Below, piece by piece: positions 6,670 through 10,238 of a DNA stretch of 10,238 nt. The stretch comes from Myxococcota bacterium (GTDB lineage: Bacteria; Myxococcota; JACRCW01): positions 1-10,238 of the forward strand of contig JBFMGU010000334.1 of NCBI GenBank assembly GCA_040752415.1, given 5' to 3'. Position 1 is the stretch's first letter; the number at the start of each line of letters is the position of its first letter. The notes below the pieces were generated by a model. It had not been told where the DNA came from, did not search any database, and worked only from the letters and a program-made list of their open reading frames with translations. Position numbers and translations under genes: made by a program.

Positions 6670-7668
6670 TCAGCTCTCGCCCTTCGCCAGCGCCTTGCAC
6701 GCTTCCTTGGCGTAGTAGGTGATGATGTTGTCGGCGCCGGCGCGCTTGATGGACACCAGCGTCTCCATCATCACGCGTGGCCCGTCGATCCAGCCCTTCT
6801 CGTGTGCCGCCATCACCATGCTGTACTCGCCGCTGACCTGGTAGGCGCACAGCGGGTGGTCGAACTCCTCGGACGCGGCGCGCAGCACGTCTAGGTAGGC
6901 CAGGGCGGGCTTCACCATCAGCATGTCCGCGCCTTCCGCCAGGTCCATGGCCATCTCACGCAGGGCTTCCCGCACGTTGGACGGATCCATCTGGTACCCG
7001 CGACGGTCGCCTTCCTTCGGTGCGCTCTCGGCGGCGTCGCGGAAGGGACCGTAGAAGCCGCTGGCGTACTTGGCGCTGTAGGCCAGGATGGGCACGTTAT
7101 CGAACGCGGCCTCGTCGAGGCTCTCCCGGATGTAGCCCACGCGACCGTCCATCATGTCACTGGGCGCCACGATGTCCGCGCCCGCGCGCGCGTGGCTCAC
7201 CGCTTCCTTGGCCAGCAGCTCCAGGGTGGCGTCGTTGTCGACTTCCATCCGGCCGCCGGGGCCGCGCGTCAGGTGACCGCAATGACCGTGGCTGGTGTAC
7301 TCGCACATGCACACGTCGGTGATGACGGTGAGGTCGGGGACGCCCTTCTTGATGGCGCGGATGGCCTGCTGCACCACGCCATTCTCCTTCCACGCCTCGG
7401 TGCCGTCCTCGTCCTTCTTCTCGGGGATGCCAAACAGGATCACCGCGGGCACGCCCAGGTCGTACGCCTCCTTGGCCTCGTCAACCACCTTGTCGACGGA
7501 GAACCGGTGGACGCCGGGCATGCTGGCAATGGTCTGTTTGGCGCCCCTGCCGGGGACCACGAACAGTGGGTAGATGAAGTTGCCGGGGCTGAGGCGCGTC
7601 TCGCGGACCAGGCGACGGATGCTCTCGGTGCGGCGGAGACGGCGGGGACGGTAGTCGGGATATTGCAT
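6670..7668 (-). CDS. hemB: porphobilinogen synthase (delta-aminolevulinate dehydratase), Zn-binding type, 332 aa
   Basis: RPRRLR N-terminus, Zn motif [48 protein letters not shown] (Schiff-base Lys) and YQVSGEY. The start is the ATG at 7668 (MQYPDY), not 8028. Confidence 0.98.
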   Translation of the reverse strand: MQYPDYRPRRLRRTESIRRLVRETRLSPGNFIYPLFVVPGRGAKQTIASMPGVHRFSVDKVVDEAKEAYDLGVPAVILFGIPEKKDEDGTEAWKENGVVQQAIRAIKKGVPDLTVITDVCMCEYTSHGHCGHLTRGPGGRMEVDNDATLELLAKEAVSHARAGADIVAPSDMMDGRVGYIRESLDEAAFDNVPILAYSAKYASGFYGPFRDAAESAPKEGDRRGYQMDPSNVREALREMAMDLAEGADMLMVKPALAYLDVLRAASEEFDHPLCAYQVSGEYSMVMAAHEKGWIDGPRVMMETLVSIKRAGADNIITYYAKEACKALAKGES

Positions 7669-7674
7669 GGGGGC

Positions 7675-7683
7675 CTTATAGCA
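7675..7683 (-). promoter_or_regulatory. extended -10 promoter of hemB, positioned for a leaderless transcript
   Basis: The minus strand reads TGC-TATAAG-GCCCCC-ATG: a TGn extension, a 5/6 match to TATAAT and 6 nt to the start codon, with no well-placed SD sequence. Confidence 0.6.
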
Positions 7684-7706
7684 ACAGCGTGCGGGGCCGG
7701 GCATCG

Positions 7707-7720
7707 TCCCGTGGACGGGA
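7707..7720. promoter_or_regulatory. 6-2-6 palindrome between the divergent hemB and lipoprotein promoters (candidate operator)
   Basis: TCCCGT-GG-ACGGGA, perfect arms. Confidence 0.35.
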
Positions 7721-7739
7721 GGCGAAAGCGGGATATGTT
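7712..7739 (+). promoter_or_regulatory. putative sigma70-type promoter of the lipoprotein gene (leaderless geometry)
   Basis: TGGACG (7712..7717)-N16-TATGTT (7734..7739)-N7-ATG (7747). Confidence 0.4.
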
Positions 7740-7746
7740 CGTGCTC

Positions 7747-8022
7747 ATGCTGCGCGCGTTGCTCCTGCTGACGGTGCTCCTGACGGCGGCCTGTGATGAC
7801 GGGCGACCGGACCGCGCGCCGTTCCTGTGTTGCGTCCTGACCTGCAATGGCGGGCAGATGAAGGCGGAGAAGCAGGCGCCCACCCGCCGTGATGCCGGCT
7901 TCCTCTGTGAGCGCGGCCAGCCCATCAACTACGACGGCACCTGCAGCACCGACGACGGCCTGGAGTGCGAGCGCGAGGACGACCAGGAAGAGACGCAGGG
8001 CAACCCCGACGGCGGCGGTTGA
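7747..8022 (+). CDS. small Cys-rich putative lipoprotein (91 aa), unknown function
   Basis: This is the 3' part of ORF 7192..8022. The signal [16 protein letters not shown] ends in a lipobox-like LTAAC, followed by six further Cys and an acidic tail. It has GC-rich third codon positions and fills the gap between hemB and the next gene. An alternative ATG lies at 7735. Confidence 0.75.
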   Translation: MLRALLLLTVLLTAACDDGRPDRAPFLCCVLTCNGGQMKAEKQAPTRRDAGFLCERGQPINYDGTCSTDDGLECEREDDQEETQGNPDGGG

Positions 8023-8046
8023 CGCCATTTCCCCGTCGTCACGAGG

Positions 8047-8673
8047 TCACGGCGCAGGTTCCTCCGACGGAGCGCGTCCCTTCAGCACGGCGTGGAGCTT
8101 TTCCGCCTCGTTGAGCGTCGACTGGGCCTTGAAGCGGGCGTTCTCCAGTTCCTGGCGTAGCTTGGGATTCTCCACGGTGCCGAGGAGCACGTTGTCCAGC
8201 AGCGCCACCACCACCCGCTGCAGCCGCACCATGGATTCCGCGTACATGAGGTCAAAGTTCTCGTCGGAGGCGCGCCACAGCCTCTCCGCCCCGCGGCCGA
8301 TGTGACGGCCCAGCTGGATCTGGAAGAGGAACGGGTCCTCTCCGTCGTCGGCCGCCACGTCCACGACGTAACGGTTGAAGAAGACCATCTTCCTGGCGCC
8401 GCCCGCGCCCTCCGCGAGGAGCTTCTCCGCAAGGATCGTCACCTGGGGGTTGTTCGTTCGCAGCAGCGCAATCTCACTGGCCCTGGCCTCGGCGCCGGCG
8501 AGCTCGAAGAGCACCAGGGTGATCTGGTGGTCGTCCCATTTGACGTCGTTGAATGCGCTCATCTCGTCGTCACTGGTGGTTTCACCCGGCGGCCCCACCG
8601 GGCTGGCGTGCGCACCGGCTGGGGTCACCAGCGAAAGCAACCCAACCAGGCAAGCGGTCTTGATCGCGGACAT
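8047..8673 (-). CDS. secreted DUF4142-like (ferritin-like four-helix bundle) protein, divergent
   Basis: GAGGGA RBS and a signal peptide ending AHA. Segments DDHQI...AE...A..RTNNPQV..LA, ENFDLMYAESMV and LLDNVLL..VENPKLRQEL resemble the DUF4142 consensus as I recall it. Confidence 0.7.
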   Translation of the reverse strand: MSAIKTACLVGLLSLVTPAGAHASPVGPPGETTSDDEMSAFNDVKWDDHQITLVLFELAGAEARASEIALLRTNNPQVTILAEKLLAEGAGGARKMVFFNRYVVDVAADDGEDPFLFQIQLGRHIGRGAERLWRASDENFDLMYAESMVRLQRVVVALLDNVLLGTVENPKLRQELENARFKAQSTLNEAEKLHAVLKGRAPSEEPAP

Positions 8674-8838
8674 GGTTCCCTCGTGTGTGAGGTGGCGCGT
8701 GGCGTGACTGGCTGGGGAGTTAACGGCGCGCGCGGGGGCCGTCCTTGCGTGTCGTCGTGACCTGTCCTGGGTGACGACGTGGGCGGCAGGCGAGGGGGAC
8801 GCCCAGGGCGCGGCCTTCAGCGGCGGGCGGCCAGGGAT

Positions 8839-8868
8839 GTGACGGCGGGCGCACGCGCTTGCTACAAC
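8839..8868 (+). promoter_or_regulatory. putative extended -10 promoter of the TPR gene
   Basis: GTGACG-N18-TACAAC with TG at 8860..8861, 8 nt before the ATG at 8877, with no SD sequence. Confidence 0.35.
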
Positions 8869-8876
8869 CCTTCTCC

Positions 8877-10019
8877 ATGCAGGGACGCCATCCCGTTCTC
8901 CGCGTGGTCCGCCTGGTGCTCGTGGCCTTGTGTGCGTGGGTGCTGCCCGTCAGCGCGTGGGCCCATCCCGACGTGGAGGCTGGCAAGGAGCTGTACCAGA
9001 AGGGTGAGTTCCGCGCGGCGCTGGCCAAGCTCGACGACGCGCTCCGCTCCCCCTCCGCCACCGAGGAGGACCAGGTGGAGGCGTACTGGTACAAGGGCCG
9101 TTGCTACTTCGCCATGGGCAAGGAGAAGCAGGCCGCCAAGCAGTTCGACGAGGTGCTCTCGCTCCGTCCCCTGTACACGCCGGACAAGCTGCAGACGCCC
9201 CCGGACCTGCGTGAGGCGTTCCTCAAGCGCGCGGAGGCATACCAGAAGAAGAACGGCGTCACCCTCGGCGCGCCGCGTCTGGACGGCGCCTCCCTTGCCA
9301 CCACGCTCGAGGGGAACGTCGAGGCCGCAGCCAGCGTGACGGTGTTCGCGCGGGCGCTGGGGGAGAAGAACTACAAGCCGTATGACTTCTCCGTCGTCGA
9401 CGGGACCGCCAAGGGCATGCTCAACAACGTGCAGCTCTGGGAACAGGCCGGCGCCAAGGGGAAGTTGGAGGTGGTGCTGGAAGCCAAGAACGCGCGCGGC
9501 GTCCCGGTGGCGCGTGCGGGCGACGCGTTGGAGCCCCTCGCCATCGACGTCACCAAGGAGCAGGCGGAGACCGCGGCGGCGGCGGTGAAGGCGGCCAACC
9601 CGCAGCCCCAGCCGGAGCTCGCCCAGGGCGGAGACAAGGGCCAGGACGTTGCCGCGCAGCAGGGCGGCCGCGGCACCACGAACGTGGCGGAGGATGAGGC
9701 AGCGGGTGGACCCTCGCTGATGGTGGGCGTGGGGGGCGCCATGCTCGTGGGTGGTGTGCTGCTGGGTTTGGCGGCGCTGGTGTTCAACGGCGGCACCGCG
9801 GCGCTGTGGAGCGGCGTGGGGCTGGCCTACTACCAGGCCGCGGAGATCAACGGGATCGAGCGTCGCCCGGACAAGCCGGCCCTCGACGCCACCATCTACT
9901 GGGGCTCCCGCGCGGGCGCGGTGATGCTGCTGGGCATTGCGCCGCCGGTGACGGTGGTGGGCCTGCTCGGCCTGCTGTCCGGGCTGCTCGGCGTCATCAT
10001 CATGCTCGTCTCACGCTGA
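8877..10019 (+). CDS. signal peptide + tetratricopeptide-repeat protein with C-terminal hydrophobic/transmembrane segments (380 aa)
   Basis: Signal MQGRHPVLRVVRLVLVALCAWVLPVSAWA. TPR-like helices GKELYQKGEFRAALAKL and AYWYKGRCYFAMGKEKQAAKQFDEVLSLRP. These are followed by a beta-rich middle, a Q/G/A linker and two Gly-rich hydrophobic segments. The ATG at 8877 is preferred over the TTG at 8859. Confidence 0.85.
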   Translation: MQGRHPVLRVVRLVLVALCAWVLPVSAWAHPDVEAGKELYQKGEFRAALAKLDDALRSPSATEEDQVEAYWYKGRCYFAMGKEKQAAKQFDEVLSLRPLYTPDKLQTPPDLREAFLKRAEAYQKKNGVTLGAPRLDGASLATTLEGNVEAAASVTVFARALGEKNYKPYDFSVVDGTAKGMLNNVQLWEQAGAKGKLEVVLEAKNARGVPVARAGDALEPLAIDVTKEQAETAAAAVKAANPQPQPELAQGGDKGQDVAAQQGGRGTTNVAEDEAAGGPSLMVGVGGAMLVGGVLLGLAALVFNGGTAALWSGVGLAYYQAAEINGIERRPDKPALDATIYWGSRAGAVMLLGIAPPVTVVGLLGLLSGLLGVIIMLVSR

Positions 10020-10084
10020 ACCGGTGCGAGCGGCATCGGGCATCCCAATCCGAATACCGGACATTAGCGCACCAGCGCGTCGCG

Positions 10085-10159
10085 CAATTCGTCGTGGCGC
10101 TCGTTGGGCGAATTGGCCGCACCCCGGATTCCGGGGTCCGCCGACTTCTGATGCGTCGG
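10085..10159. repeat. cluster of three adjacent inverted repeats in non-coding DNA
   Basis: CAATTCG (10085..10091)/CGAATTG (10109..10115); ACCCCGGA-T-TCCGGGGT (10121..10137); CCGAC (10141..10145)/GTCGG (10155..10159). Confidence 0.5.
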
Positions 10160-10238
10160 GGTGAGGCGTTGGTGGCGCAAGAGGGAGTGCGGATTCGGCC
10201 CCCCCACCCCCGCCGCCCTACCGCGTTCACCGTTTTCA

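Noticed and set aside
6665..6850. Extended 128-aa version of the DUF4177 ORF
   Set aside because: The extension lies inside hemB in another frame. Family similarity starts at MKGTEYKV.
7669..8028. 120-aa hydrophobic N-terminal extension of HemB (apparent membrane-anchored fusion)
   Set aside because: It is the antisense reading of the lipoprotein gene. HemB homology starts at [10 protein letters not shown], and a -10 element sits immediately upstream of that ATG.
8674..8876. Possible sigma54 or ECF promoter and a GTCGTC/GACGAC inverted repeat between the DUF4142 and TPR genes
   Set aside because: There is no correct TGGCAC-N5-TTGC or GGAAC-N16/17-CGTT match, and the inverted repeat is short and imperfect.
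10000..10230. 76-aa minus-strand ORF
   Set aside because: It has no motifs, an atypical composition, and overlaps the TPR gene end and the hairpin cluster, so it is probably non-coding.
10170..10238. tRNA-like 3' end on the minus strand (...TCCCTCTTGCGCCACCA)
   Set aside because: There is no TTCRA loop or pairing T-stem at the required position, and no D or anticodon arms upstream.
1..10238. CRISPR array, IS/transposon, prophage or recognised defence island
   Set aside because: I saw no regularly spaced repeats, terminal inverted repeats, transposase, integrase or phage genes, and no obvious compositional shift in the coding regions.

Overview
A very GC-rich (roughly 70% by eye), gene-dense bacterial chromosomal window. 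The gene repertoire (signal peptide-TPR membrane protein, small Cys-rich lipoprotein, multi-BON and DUF4142 proteins) suggests Myxococcota or a related lineage, but this is inference. From left to right: the 5' end of a minus-strand RGG-rich gene that runs off the window; a plus-strand block of prs (atypical, class II-like motifs), a five-BON-domain exported protein and cydAB (short Q-loop cytochrome bd); a convergent, tightly coupled minus-strand operon of hemB, a 66-aa DUF4177-like protein and an unusual helical domain/coiled-coil/NYN (LabA/DUF88 PIN-like) nuclease fusion; a divergent small Cys-rich lipoprotein that the ORF track buries in a longer ORF; a degenerate DUF4142-like secreted protein; a TPR membrane protein; and a 3' non-coding stretch with clustered inverted repeats. 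I found no mobile elements, CRISPR arrays, rRNA or tRNA. The best candidate for an undescribed system is the hemB-DUF4177-coiled-coil-NYN unit, which appears to be driven by one of two back-to-back leaderless-type promoters flanking a palindrome.
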